A DNA stretch of 64,000 bases from Candidatus Eiseniibacteriota bacterium (GTDB lineage: Bacteria > Eisenbacteria > RBG-16-71-46 > JABDJR01). The stretch spans positions 64,001 through 128,000 of the forward strand of contig CAWANH010000001.1 in the NCBI GenBank assembly GCA_963783375.1, in the 5' to 3' direction. A program made the translations under genes and the position numbers. Positions 38,899 through 48,077 of the stretch are shown here, one piece after another. The stretch's first letter is position 1; each line of letters starts with the position of its first letter. The notes under the pieces are model-generated. The model worked only from the letters and a program-made list of their open reading frames with translations. It made no database searches and was not told the DNA's origin.

Positions 38899-40125
38899 TC
38901 AGCCCAGGGACGCCGCGATCACCTCCACCGCCTCGTCCAGGAGCTTCTCGTCGATGGTCAGCGGCGGCGTGAGGCGGATCACGTGGTCGTGGTGGAGCGT
39001 CCACCCGAGGAGCACGCCGCGCTCGCGGCACCGCTCCACCAGGGCGCGGGCCACCGCCCCCGAGACCAGCTCGATCCCCACGAATAGCCCGAGGCCCCGG
39101 ATGTCGCGCACCGCGGCGTGGGCGCCCACCGCGTCCCGCAACCGGGCACGGAACCGCTCCCCCACCCGTTCCGAGCGGGCGGGGAGCCGATCGGCCAGAA
39201 GCACCCGGAGCGCGGCCCGTCCCGCCGCGCAGGAGACCGGGTGGCCGCCGAAGGTGGTGACGTGGGCGAGGGGCGGGTCGTGGGTCAGGGTGTCGAGGAG
39301 CGCCGAGCTTCCCAGGAACGCGCCCAACGGGTAGCCGCCCCCCAGCGCCTTGGCCAGGACCAGGAGGTCCGGCGTCACCCCCCACCGCTCGCCGGCGAAG
39401 AGGCGACCGGTGCGGCCGAACCCGGTCATCACCTCGTCGAAGATGAGAAGCGCGCCGGTCTCGCGGCAGCGGGCGGCCAACGCGGGGAGGAAGTCGTCAG
39501 GCGGAACGCGCACCCCGCCCTCCCCCTGCACCGGCTCCACGATCGCCGCCGCCGTCGTCTCGTCGATGGCGGTCAGGGCGTCCACGGCGCCGAACGGCAG
39601 CACCGACACGGGCCCCAGAAGCGGCTTGAAGGGATCCTGGTAACTCGCGTTTCCGGCGACGCTAAGCGCTCCGAAGGTGTCGCCGTGATAAGCCCCCTCG
39701 AAGGCCACGAACCCGGCGCGTCCGGTGGCCTTCCGCGCGGTCTTGAGCGCCCCCTCCACCGCCTCGGCCCCGCTGTTCACGAAGTAGGCCCGGTCGAGCC
39801 CGGCGGGGGCGGCGGCGCAGAGTTCCGCCGCATGGAGCGCCTGCTCCTCCTGGACGTACTCCCCGTAAACCATGACGTGATGGTGGCGGCGGTTCTGGCG
39901 CTCCACCGCGGCCACCACCGCGGGGTGGGTGTGACCGAGGTTGGCCACCCCGATCCCGGCCAGGAGGTCCAGGTAGCGGCGGCCGTCGGGGGTGAAGAGC
40001 CAGGGGCCCTCCGCCCGGTCCACCACGATCCCGATCGGCTCGGAGGACGTGGCCGCGAGGTGGTCGTCGAACGCGCGCCGCCACCCCTCGGATCCGCTCG
40101 AAGTCGACCCGCTCATCCCCTTCAA
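38899..40125 (-). CDS. class III PLP-dependent aminotransferase
   Basis: [52 protein letters not shown]. Confidence 0.92.
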   Translation of the reverse strand: MKGMSGSTSSGSEGWRRAFDDHLAATSSEPIGIVVDRAEGPWLFTPDGRRYLDLLAGIGVANLGHTHPAVVAAVERQNRRHHHVMVYGEYVQEEQALHAAELCAAAPAGLDRAYFVNSGAEAVEGALKTARKATGRAGFVAFEGAYHGDTFGALSVAGNASYQDPFKPLLGPVSVLPFGAVDALTAIDETTAAAIVEPVQGEGGVRVPPDDFLPALAARCRETGALLIFDEVMTGFGRTGRLFAGERWGVTPDLLVLAKALGGGYPLGAFLGSSALLDTLTHDPPLAHVTTFGGHPVSCAAGRAALRVLLADRLPARSERVGERFRARLRDAVGAHAAVRDIRGLGLFVGIELVSGAVARALVERCRERGVLLGWTLHHDHVIRLTPPLTIDEKLLDEAVEVIAASLG

Positions 40126-41414
40126 TGCCTTCCGGTTGCCCGGTGGATGATGCGGCCGTTTCGAAGCATCTCGGCCAAGCCCGACCGCCCGTCGGCCCGC
40201 CAGCCGGCGGGGGGGTCCTGGAGCCGCTGGAGGAGGGCGGTGAAGGGCACGCCGCCCTTGGTGGCGGTCTCCCGCCAGCCACGCTCATGGGAGCCCAGGA
40301 ACGCCAACCCCATCCCCTGGATCTCACGCCCCTTCGGCGAGCGGAGGAGGGTGGTCATGGACTTCATGGAGAGCCGGCGGGTGATGCGCACGACCCGGGC
40401 CGGCGGGCCGGCGTGGAGCGAGGGCGCGTGGTCCCAGACCACCGTCCAGGCCGTGCCCTTGGGAGCGAGGATCCCCACCGTCTTTCCGTCCCCCATCTGG
40501 TAGCGGGAACGGAAACCGTGGATCTCCGAGGCCTCGGCGGGGGTTCGGGGACGCGCGGGCCATCGCCGCTCCCACAGGGCCAGGGCCTCGGCCAGACGGG
40601 TCGCGAACCGCCGGCAGTCCCCGCCCACGAAGAGGACCCGCGGCGAGAGACAGCCACCCTGGTCCCAGAGTGCGATCTCCCGCGCCGCCTCCTCCCACCA
40701 CACGTCCGAGGCGTTCCGCCAGCCGAGCCCCAGGATGCCGATCGAGTACTTCGGACCGTAGAGGAGCACGGGGCCGGCCACCCGGCGGCGAAGCGAGCCC
40801 ATGGCTCCCTCCCCCCCGCTGGCCACCACGAAGTCCACCTCGCCGAAGACCCGGGACTCCACCGACTCGTCGCCCCCCTTCCAGTTCTGGATCTGGACCG
40901 CGGCCCCCAGGGCCGGCGCCGCCCGATCCAGGCTTTCCTTCATGAGCGGCGCGGTGACCGCCTCCCCCGAGGCCGGCTTCACCACCACCGCGCTCCGGGC
41001 CAACAGCGCCTCGATGATCGCGGGGAGCGCCAAGCCGGTCACGTTGCCGGCCAGGATCTGGGCCACCACCTCGGGGCCGGCGGCCGGCGCGGGATCGGGG
41101 GCGGGAGCGGGAACCGAGGGCCGGCGTCCCCGCCCCGGGGCGGGAGCGGCAAAGGCCGCGGCTTCGGTCCGGGCTTCGGCGAGCCAGCGGGCCAGGGACG
41201 CGCGGTCGTGGGCGGCCAGCATCCGGGCCAGCCCGTAACGGACCATGGCCCGGCTCATGCCGCGGGACTCCGAGAGGTCCAAGGCCGCCCGGTCGGCGTA
41301 GCCATCCCGCTCGGCCCAAAGTGTGAGAGCGGCTTCGATACCCCCCAGCACCTCATCATCCGTCAGGGAAGCCAGGGCGGCCGATGCCGCGCGAAGGCGT
41401 TCCAGCGCACTCAT
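40122..41414 (-). CDS. LuxC-like acyl-CoA/acyl-protein reductase
   Basis: ILAGNV, VVKPAS, YGPKYS, DQGGCLSP with catalytic Cys. Confidence 0.75.
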   Translation of the reverse strand: MSALERLRAASAALASLTDDEVLGGIEAALTLWAERDGYADRAALDLSESRGMSRAMVRYGLARMLAAHDRASLARWLAEARTEAAAFAAPAPGRGRRPSVPAPAPDPAPAAGPEVVAQILAGNVTGLALPAIIEALLARSAVVVKPASGEAVTAPLMKESLDRAAPALGAAVQIQNWKGGDESVESRVFGEVDFVVASGGEGAMGSLRRRVAGPVLLYGPKYSIGILGLGWRNASDVWWEEAAREIALWDQGGCLSPRVLFVGGDCRRFATRLAEALALWERRWPARPRTPAEASEIHGFRSRYQMGDGKTVGILAPKGTAWTVVWDHAPSLHAGPPARVVRITRRLSMKSMTTLLRSPKGREIQGMGLAFLGSHERGWRETATKGGVPFTALLQRLQDPPAGWRADGRSGLAEMLRNGRIIHRATGRH

Positions 41415-41481
41415 GGGGAAGAGATTCCCAGGAAGCGGGCGTGGACGCAAGCGCGGGATTGCCCGCCGGGGCGGGCCGGCG

Positions 41482-42576
41482 TCAGCCGCCCAGGAGTTCC
41501 TCGGTGGCCAACGAGCAGCCGCGAAGTTCCGTCCCCCGGGCCCGGCCGTGGAAGACGAACCCCCCCGGCGCCTCGGCCCCCAGATCCTCGGTCACGATCG
41601 CCGCCACCGTCCAGGCGTTGGCCAGGTCGAAGTGGGCCAGGAGGCCGGTCCGCCCGGGCGGGAGCGGGTCCAGGGTGTCGGGGTCGAACGCCCGGGTGCG
41701 CACCCAGGGGGGCGCCTGGTGGACCCGCTCGACCGGGGCGCGGCCGGTCTCCGCGAACGTCCGGAGCGACGGCTCGTAGAACTGCGAGCTCATCTCGGTC
41801 ATCCCGTACTCCCCCACCACGTACGCCGGGGGGACCCCCAGCGCCGACCGATAGCGGTCGAGGAGATCCTCCCGGGACACCTCCCGCGCGCGGCCCTTGA
41901 ACCCGCCGGTGTCCATGATGCGGCTTCCCGGGGGCAGCGTGAACCGTGTCCCCTGCGCCTCCAGCACCCCCAGGAACTCCGCGAAGCCGAGCGCGGTCCC
42001 CAGGAGCATCACCGGCTCGCCCTCGTCCCCGGCTCGTTCCAGCGCGGCCAGGAGCTCCGCCGCGCAAAGCCCCCCCCGGTCCAGGAACACACCGCTCCCC
42101 GGGGCCCCGAACCGCGCGAGAACCGCGTCGGCCATGTAGGAGAGCGAGCTGTCCGGGAGTTCCCGGCCCTCCGGGATGAGGGAGACGACGCGCATCGCCC
42201 CCCGGTCGGGAAGGAGATGCCGCCGGAACGGCTCCACCCAGGCCGCGTCGTAGAGGGCCAGCTCCGGGAGATGGTGCGCCCCCCGCGCCGCCTCCCCCCG
42301 GGTGGTGCCGCTGGTCTTGAACACGCGCCGCGCCGGGGCGCAGGCCAGCACCGCCTCCTTGAACGCGGCGGTGGGAACCGCGGGCACGTCCTCCCAGCCC
42401 CCGACGGTGCGCGGCGAGATCCCGCGATGCTCGCAGAATCGGCGATAGGGAGCGTTCTCGCGGTACTGGAAGGCGAACACCGCCAGGGCCGCCTCCTCGA
42501 ACCGGTCCGAGGCCGGCTCGCGGATGAGAGCCAGGGCGCGCGCCACCTCGGGGGGGCGGACCGACGCGCCGGTCAC
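41482..42576 (-). CDS. LuxE-like acyl-protein synthetase
   Basis: FAFQYRENAPYRRFC, FKTSGTT, MDTGGFKGR, EYGMTEMSSQ, TEDLG, C-terminal RGCS; start approximate. Confidence 0.85.
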   Translation of the reverse strand: MTGASVRPPEVARALALIREPASDRFEEAALAVFAFQYRENAPYRRFCEHRGISPRTVGGWEDVPAVPTAAFKEAVLACAPARRVFKTSGTTRGEAARGAHHLPELALYDAAWVEPFRRHLLPDRGAMRVVSLIPEGRELPDSSLSYMADAVLARFGAPGSGVFLDRGGLCAAELLAALERAGDEGEPVMLLGTALGFAEFLGVLEAQGTRFTLPPGSRIMDTGGFKGRAREVSREDLLDRYRSALGVPPAYVVGEYGMTEMSSQFYEPSLRTFAETGRAPVERVHQAPPWVRTRAFDPDTLDPLPPGRTGLLAHFDLANAWTVAAIVTEDLGAEAPGGFVFHGRARGTELRGCSLATEELLGG

Positions 42577-42628
42577 CGCCCGCGCTCCCGGACATCCCAC
42601 CGCGCGAATCTCTCTCCTACGTCCGCCC

Positions 42629-43411
42629 TCACCGGAAGATCCGCCGGCGCATCCGGGCCACCGCCCATACCGAGGCCCCCGTCGCGGCCACCAGGATCCA
42701 CACCACATCCCCCCAGTTCCCCGTGCTCCAGGTTCCGTGCACCGTCCCCTTGGCGAGGTTCACGCAGTGGTAGAGCGGGGTGAACCAGGCGGCGATCCGG
42801 GCCCAGGGGGGAAGCCCGCTCACCGGGAAGAAGATGCCGCTGAACAGGAAGAGCGGGGTGAGCCAGATGGTGTAGTAGAACGAGTAGACGTCGATCACCT
42901 TGACGTAGCTGGTGAAGAGAAGGCCGAAGGCGGCGAAGAGCCACGCCGTCATCACGATCACCGGGACGATGAGGAGACCGGTCCAGCTCCGGGCCAGCCC
43001 CATCGCCGCCACCACCAGGGCGAAGATCCCCCCGTAGGCGACGCCCCGCGTCACCGCCCACAGGAGCTCGCCCACCATGGCGTCCTCCAGGTTCACCGGG
43101 GTGGCGGTGATGGCCTCGTAGTTCTTCCCGAAGTACATCTTCACGAAGATGTTGTAGGTGGTCTCGAAGCTCCCCCCGTTCATGGCGCTGGCCGCGATCA
43201 GCCCGGGGGCGATGTACTGGAGATAGCTGAACCCCTCGATGTTCCGGGTGATGTAGGCGCCGAGACCGACCCCCATGGCCACCAGGTAGATCACCGGCTC
43301 GAAGAAGTTGGGGAGGATGTTGAGCTTCCAGGTGTGCCGGTACACGGTGAAGTTCCGCATCCACACGTGTCCCGCGCCCCGGAACGAGATCAACGGCCCG
43401 GCTCCGGTCAC
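42629..43411 (-). CDS. ABC-2 exporter permease (NodJ-like)
   Basis: GTG 43411 overlaps the ATPase stop; EPVIYLVAMGVGLG, YIAPGL, PLFLFSGIFFPV..LP. Confidence 0.88.
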   Translation of the reverse strand: MTGAGPLISFRGAGHVWMRNFTVYRHTWKLNILPNFFEPVIYLVAMGVGLGAYITRNIEGFSYLQYIAPGLIAASAMNGGSFETTYNIFVKMYFGKNYEAITATPVNLEDAMVGELLWAVTRGVAYGGIFALVVAAMGLARSWTGLLIVPVIVMTAWLFAAFGLLFTSYVKVIDVYSFYYTIWLTPLFLFSGIFFPVSGLPPWARIAAWFTPLYHCVNLAKGTVHGTWSTGNWGDVVWILVAATGASVWAVARMRRRIFR

Positions 43412-44340
43412 TCGGTGAGCCTCCTTCCGGTGAGCTTCAGGAACACGTCCTCCAGGGTGGCCCGGCGGGCGTAGAGCTCCAGGTGGTCCAGCTTCCGGCC
43501 GGTGAGATCGTGAAGAAGGCCCTCGGCGTCGTCGGTGAAGAGAAGCAGGCGCTCCTCCAGCATCTCCGCCCCCGCCACCTTGTCCGCGTAGGCCTCGCGG
43601 ACCCGGCGGCGCACGTCGGGGGGCGCACTGATCTCCACCACGTCCCGGGCCACGTTGGCGCGAATGAGTTCCCGGGGCGTGCCCTGGGCCACGATCTTTC
43701 CCCGCTCCATCACCACCAGCCGGTCGCAGAGCTGCTCCGCCTCGTCCATGTAGTGGGTGGTGAGCAGGAGAGTCCGGTCCTGGCCCTTGAGCTGGCGGAG
43801 CTTCTCCCACACCAGGTGGCGCGCCTGGGGGTCGAGCCCGGTGGTGGGCTCGTCCAGGATCACCGCCCCGGGCTCGTTCATGAGGGCGCGGGCGATGAGG
43901 AGCCGCCGGCGCATCCCCCCCGAGAGCACCCGCACGCTCACGTCGATCTTCTCCCGGAGCTGGATGAACTCCACCAGCTCCGCCGCCCGCCGGCGAACCA
44001 TCGCGCGGGTGAGGTCGAAGTAGCGCCCGTAGATCTCCAGGTTCTCCCGCACGCTCAGGTCCAGATCGAGGTTGTCCTCCTGGGGGACCACCCCCAGCCG
44101 CCGCTTCACCTCCCGGGGGTTCTGCGCCACCTCCATCCCGAGGACCTGAAGCTCCCCGCCCCCGACCGGGGTGGAGCACCCGACCATGCGCATGGTGGTG
44201 GTCTTCCCCGCCCCGTTCGGACCCAGGAACCCGAAGCACTCCCCGGAGCGGGTGTCGAAGTCGATCCCGTCCACCGCGGCGAAGGAGCCGTAGTGCTTGC
44301 TGAGCCCGCGGGCCCGGACGGTGATGTCGCGCGCGTCCAT
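43408..44340 (-). CDS. ABC-2 exporter ATP-binding protein (NodI-like)
   Basis: GPNGAGKTT, LSGGMRRR, ILDEPTTGLDPQARH, TTHYMDEAEQLCD. Confidence 0.93.
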   Translation of the reverse strand: MDARDITVRARGLSKHYGSFAAVDGIDFDTRSGECFGFLGPNGAGKTTTMRMVGCSTPVGGGELQVLGMEVAQNPREVKRRLGVVPQEDNLDLDLSVRENLEIYGRYFDLTRAMVRRRAAELVEFIQLREKIDVSVRVLSGGMRRRLLIARALMNEPGAVILDEPTTGLDPQARHLVWEKLRQLKGQDRTLLLTTHYMDEAEQLCDRLVVMERGKIVAQGTPRELIRANVARDVVEISAPPDVRRRVREAYADKVAGAEMLEERLLLFTDDAEGLLHDLTGRKLDHLELYARRATLEDVFLKLTGRRLTE

Positions 44341-44341
44341 G

Positions 44342-44377
44342 GTGATCGGAATCCCCCCCCCGTGATCGGAATCCCCC
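44342..44377. repeat. 16-bp direct repeat with 20-bp period
   Basis: GTGATCGGAATCCCCC at 44342-44357 and 44362-44377, adjacent to the ATPase start. Confidence 0.7.
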
Positions 44378-44513
44378 GGCCGTCCGCGATCCGGGGCGCA
44401 GCCGCCCATGGTATCGCATGGGGGGAGAGCCCGCCGAGGCCTCGACGCCGCCGCCGGGCGTCTCCCGGGGAGGCCCCCGCCGCGCGGGGCGGACCGCCGG
44501 ATCAGCGAGTTCG

Positions 44514-46181
44514 CTAACGGAGGAGCACGAACTTGGCCTGGTAGGGCACCGGAAACCCCTCGAGCCGGGCCACGTAGACGCCGGCGGGCGCCATCCGGCC
44601 GGCCAGATCACGCCCGTTCCAGACCACCGTGCCGTGGCTGAGCCCGCCCGTCACCGGAAGCCGGGAGAGGAGGCGGCCGTCCGTCCCGTAGATCGCCACC
44701 GAGGGGTCCATTCCGGCCAACCCCGTCCACTCCAGCTCCGCCCGCCCCCGGGCCGGGTTTTGAAGAGCGCGGACCAGGTGCCCCATCACTCCCCCGTCGT
44801 CGGGAGGCTGGATCACCTCGTCGCCCCCCCCCGCGGCGGACAGGGCCAGCCGGTCCAGCAGGTTGGCGGTGATCCGGGCCACCGAAGGGTCGGACGCCAG
44901 CCCCTGGGCCCAGTCTATGGTGGCCGCGGTGAACACCGTCCCCCCGTCCGGGTGGACGTAGAGGCCCATGGTGGCGTTTCCCATGCTGGCCGGAGAAAGC
45001 CCCAGGATGGTGAAGCCGGCGGGAGTCCCGTCCCCGCCGGTGGCCACCGGGAGGCCGTTCTCCCAGGTGAACAGCGCCCCGTCGGTCTCGTACCCCACGA
45101 TGGTGGCGGCCCGGCCGAAGGTATCCCCGTCGGAAAGCCCGGTTCCCTCGTAGACCCAGTGGTCCGACCGGTGGACGGTGTAGCCGCCGTGACCCTGGGA
45201 GGCCGGGTAGAACCCGTGATCGTTGACGTAGCCGCCGTTCCGGTAGCTCACCCCGGTCATGGCGTTCTCGGGACGGAAGACCGGGTCGGCGTACCAGTTG
45301 ACGGTGACCCGGGACCGGTCCGTGCGGTAGAACGGATCGCGGTTCTTGTCCTTGTAGCAATAGATCCGGTCCCGCGAGTCCGAGAAGCGGATCTGCCACC
45401 AGGAAACGTTGCCGCTCAGGAAGGCGACGTTCCCGCCGGCGGCGATGCGCTCCTCCAGGTGGTCGCGCATCTCCCTGGACCAGTACTCGTCGTGACCGAC
45501 GCTCAGGAACAAGGGATATCGGGCCGGGAGATCCGGATCGTCGTGGAGGTCGACCCCGGTGCAATAGGCCACCCGATAGCCCGAGCCTTCCAGCCACCGG
45601 ATCATGGGGAGCTCCCAACTCAGGAACTGGCCCCGCCCGTCCTGGCCCTTGAACGGCCGCTGGAACGACACCACGTAGTTGTTCATGCCGCCGGGGGCGA
45701 GCGGGGTGTAGAGGCTGAACCCGCCCCAGTCGTTGTAGGCCTCCCAGGTGAGGAGCGAGGTCTGGAAGAGGATGGTCGCGTCCCGTCCCGGTTTGGCCTC
45801 CCGGACCACGAAGATCGCGTAGGCCGGGGAGGCGCCGGAGGCGTCCAGCCGCACCGTGTAGACCCCGCTCGGCCAATCCGGGGGGATCCGGACGGCGAAG
45901 GAGGGGACCCAGCCGCACCCGTCATCCCAGGGCCGCCCGGGGACCGGCTGGAGCGAGCCGGGAATCCCCGGAAGGGTCAGGTGGACCACGCCGGCCGCCC
46001 CCTCCCGGATGAAGGTCGCGTCGAAGGTGGCGGCGTCGGTGGAGACGTGGATCCGGACCGAATCGCCCGGAGCCACCGAGGTGGGCCACGCGTACCCCTG
46101 GACGGTGGCCGCGCCCGCGGGGTGGCCGAGGAGAAGAACCGCCGCCAGACCGCATCCCGCGAACCCAGCGCGCTTGTCCAT
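44514..46181 (-). CDS. secreted N,N-dimethylformamidase beta-subunit-family protein with C-terminal FlgD-Ig-like domain
   Basis: Signal peptide; TWEAYNDWGG.SLY, SFQRP, VGHDEYWS, FLSGN, GYETD; WNGRD..G...PAGVY. Confidence 0.8.
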   Translation of the reverse strand: MDKRAGFAGCGLAAVLLLGHPAGAATVQGYAWPTSVAPGDSVRIHVSTDAATFDATFIREGAAGVVHLTLPGIPGSLQPVPGRPWDDGCGWVPSFAVRIPPDWPSGVYTVRLDASGASPAYAIFVVREAKPGRDATILFQTSLLTWEAYNDWGGFSLYTPLAPGGMNNYVVSFQRPFKGQDGRGQFLSWELPMIRWLEGSGYRVAYCTGVDLHDDPDLPARYPLFLSVGHDEYWSREMRDHLEERIAAGGNVAFLSGNVSWWQIRFSDSRDRIYCYKDKNRDPFYRTDRSRVTVNWYADPVFRPENAMTGVSYRNGGYVNDHGFYPASQGHGGYTVHRSDHWVYEGTGLSDGDTFGRAATIVGYETDGALFTWENGLPVATGGDGTPAGFTILGLSPASMGNATMGLYVHPDGGTVFTAATIDWAQGLASDPSVARITANLLDRLALSAAGGGDEVIQPPDDGGVMGHLVRALQNPARGRAELEWTGLAGMDPSVAIYGTDGRLLSRLPVTGGLSHGTVVWNGRDLAGRMAPAGVYVARLEGFPVPYQAKFVLLR

Positions 46182-46681
46182 CGAATCCCCCCCCCTTTCG
46201 GGGGAAAAGAGCCGCCGCATCCCGGCGGTCCGGCGCCGCCCGGTTCCCGGGGGATCCCGGTGCCGGTCCGGCGCCTCGAAACGGACCCGACCCCCAAAAA
46301 AACGCGGCGCGCACCGTGCGCAACCACGACTCACCAGGGTACTCGGGTTCGGGTGTCCTTCGCTCGGTCACTCCCGGCGCCAGGCGCCCCGGAACCTGCC
46401 GCAGTATACACCCGGGTCTCCTCCCCGGCGCGGCCGGCGGGGGCGGAAGCCCGGGAGCCCCCCGCCGAGGGTATCCGGGCTTCCGGCCGATACCGGCTGA
46501 AATTGACTTATCCAATCTCTCGTCCCCGGTCGGGCTCGCCGTCCATGGAACTGCTCGATTCGCCGGTATACAATCGGGGCCGCACGCAAGGCTCCAGCGG
46601 TTTGCCGGGTCCCCGGTCAAGGGCGGGAGGTGCGATCCAGTCGCCGGCCGCGCCGGCGGCAGCGGACAAGGAGTGTCGGGA

Positions 46682-47965
46682 ATGACCAAGCCGTTCAACT
46701 CGTTCGAGATGGCCCAGGCCCAGTTCGACTCGGTGGCCTCCCTGCTGGAACTGGAGGAGGCCGCGCGGGAGCTGCTCCGCCACCCCATGCGGGAGTACAC
46801 CTTCGCCATTCCGATCCGGCTGGACGACGGCCGGATGAAGGTGTTCCACGGGTTCCGGGTACAGCACAACGACGCCAAGGGACCGTGCAAGGGCGGGATC
46901 CGCTTCCACCCGCTGGAGACCCTGGATACCGTCCGCGCCCTGGCCATGTGGATGACCTGGAAGTGCGCGGTGGTGGACATCCCCCTGGGGGGCGGCAAGG
47001 GCGGGGTGATCTGCGATCCCCACAACCTGAGCGCGCGCGAGCAGGAATCGATCTGCCGCGGCTTCGTGCGCCGCATGGCCTACGAGATGGGGCCCAACCG
47101 GGACGTTCCCGCTCCCGACGTCATGACCTCCTCCCAGCACATGCTGTGGATGTTGGACGAGTTCGAGGCGATCCACGGCTCCAAGCAGCCCGGGTTCATC
47201 ACCGGGAAGCCGGTGGCGGTGGGCGGGTCCCAGGGACGAACCGAGGCCACCGGATTCGGGTTGATCTTCACCCTCCGCGAGGCGATGAAGGAACTGGGGC
47301 TCAGGCCCCAGGACACCGTGGCCAGCGTGCAGGGCTTCGGGAACGTCGCCCAGTACGCCATCCGGCTGTTCGATCAGATCGGCGGCCGGACCCAGGCCGT
47401 CTCCTGCTGGAACCAGGCGGATCAGACGAGCTACACCTACCGGAAGGCCGGAGGGATCGACCTGGACGAGCTCCTGAAGATCACCGACCGGTTCGGGGAG
47501 ATCCACGCCGGCCGGGCCCAGGAACTGGGCTACGAGGCGCTTCCCGCCGACGCATGGCTGGAGGAGGACGTGGACATCCTGATCCCCGCCGCCATGGAGA
47601 ACCAGATCACGGAAGAAAACGTGGGCCTGATCAAGGACCGGGTGAAGATCATCGCGGAAGGGGCCAATGGTCCCACCTCCACCGAGGCGGACGAGACGAT
47701 CCGGGCCCGGGGGATCTTCCTCATCCCCGACCTTCTGGCCAACGCCGGCGGCGTCACCTGCAGCTACTTCGAACAGGTCCAGAGCAACATGAACTACTAC
47801 TGGGACAAGGAAGAGGTCCTGGGAAAACTGGACATGAAGATGACGGCGGCGTTCCACGCGGTAAGCCGGCTGGCCAAGGAGCGCGAGCTCTACATGCGGA
47901 AGGCCGCCTACGTCATCGCCGTCGACCGGGTGGCCCAGGCCTGCCGGGACCGGGGTTGGCTGTAG
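46682..47965 (+). CDS. Glu/Leu/Phe/Val dehydrogenase (probable glutamate dehydrogenase)
   Basis: ATG 46682 with AAGGAG; KGGIRFHP, GGGKGG, PAPDV, ITGKP, GFGNVA, EGANGP, NAGGVTCSYFE. Confidence 0.93.
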   Translation: MTKPFNSFEMAQAQFDSVASLLELEEAARELLRHPMREYTFAIPIRLDDGRMKVFHGFRVQHNDAKGPCKGGIRFHPLETLDTVRALAMWMTWKCAVVDIPLGGGKGGVICDPHNLSAREQESICRGFVRRMAYEMGPNRDVPAPDVMTSSQHMLWMLDEFEAIHGSKQPGFITGKPVAVGGSQGRTEATGFGLIFTLREAMKELGLRPQDTVASVQGFGNVAQYAIRLFDQIGGRTQAVSCWNQADQTSYTYRKAGGIDLDELLKITDRFGEIHAGRAQELGYEALPADAWLEEDVDILIPAAMENQITEENVGLIKDRVKIIAEGANGPTSTEADETIRARGIFLIPDLLANAGGVTCSYFEQVQSNMNYYWDKEEVLGKLDMKMTAAFHAVSRLAKERELYMRKAAYVIAVDRVAQACRDRGWL

Positions 47966-48077
47966 ATCCCGGGGGCGCGCAGCCGGGGGGGAGGATCGAG
48001 TATCCGGAAGAACGGCGAGTAGGCTTCCCCGATGGGAAGACCAGGAACGGGACCGGGGGAAAGGAGGCCGTGAGATC

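Noticed and set aside
40122-42576. Bioluminescence operon
   Set aside because: No luxA, luxB or luxD in the window
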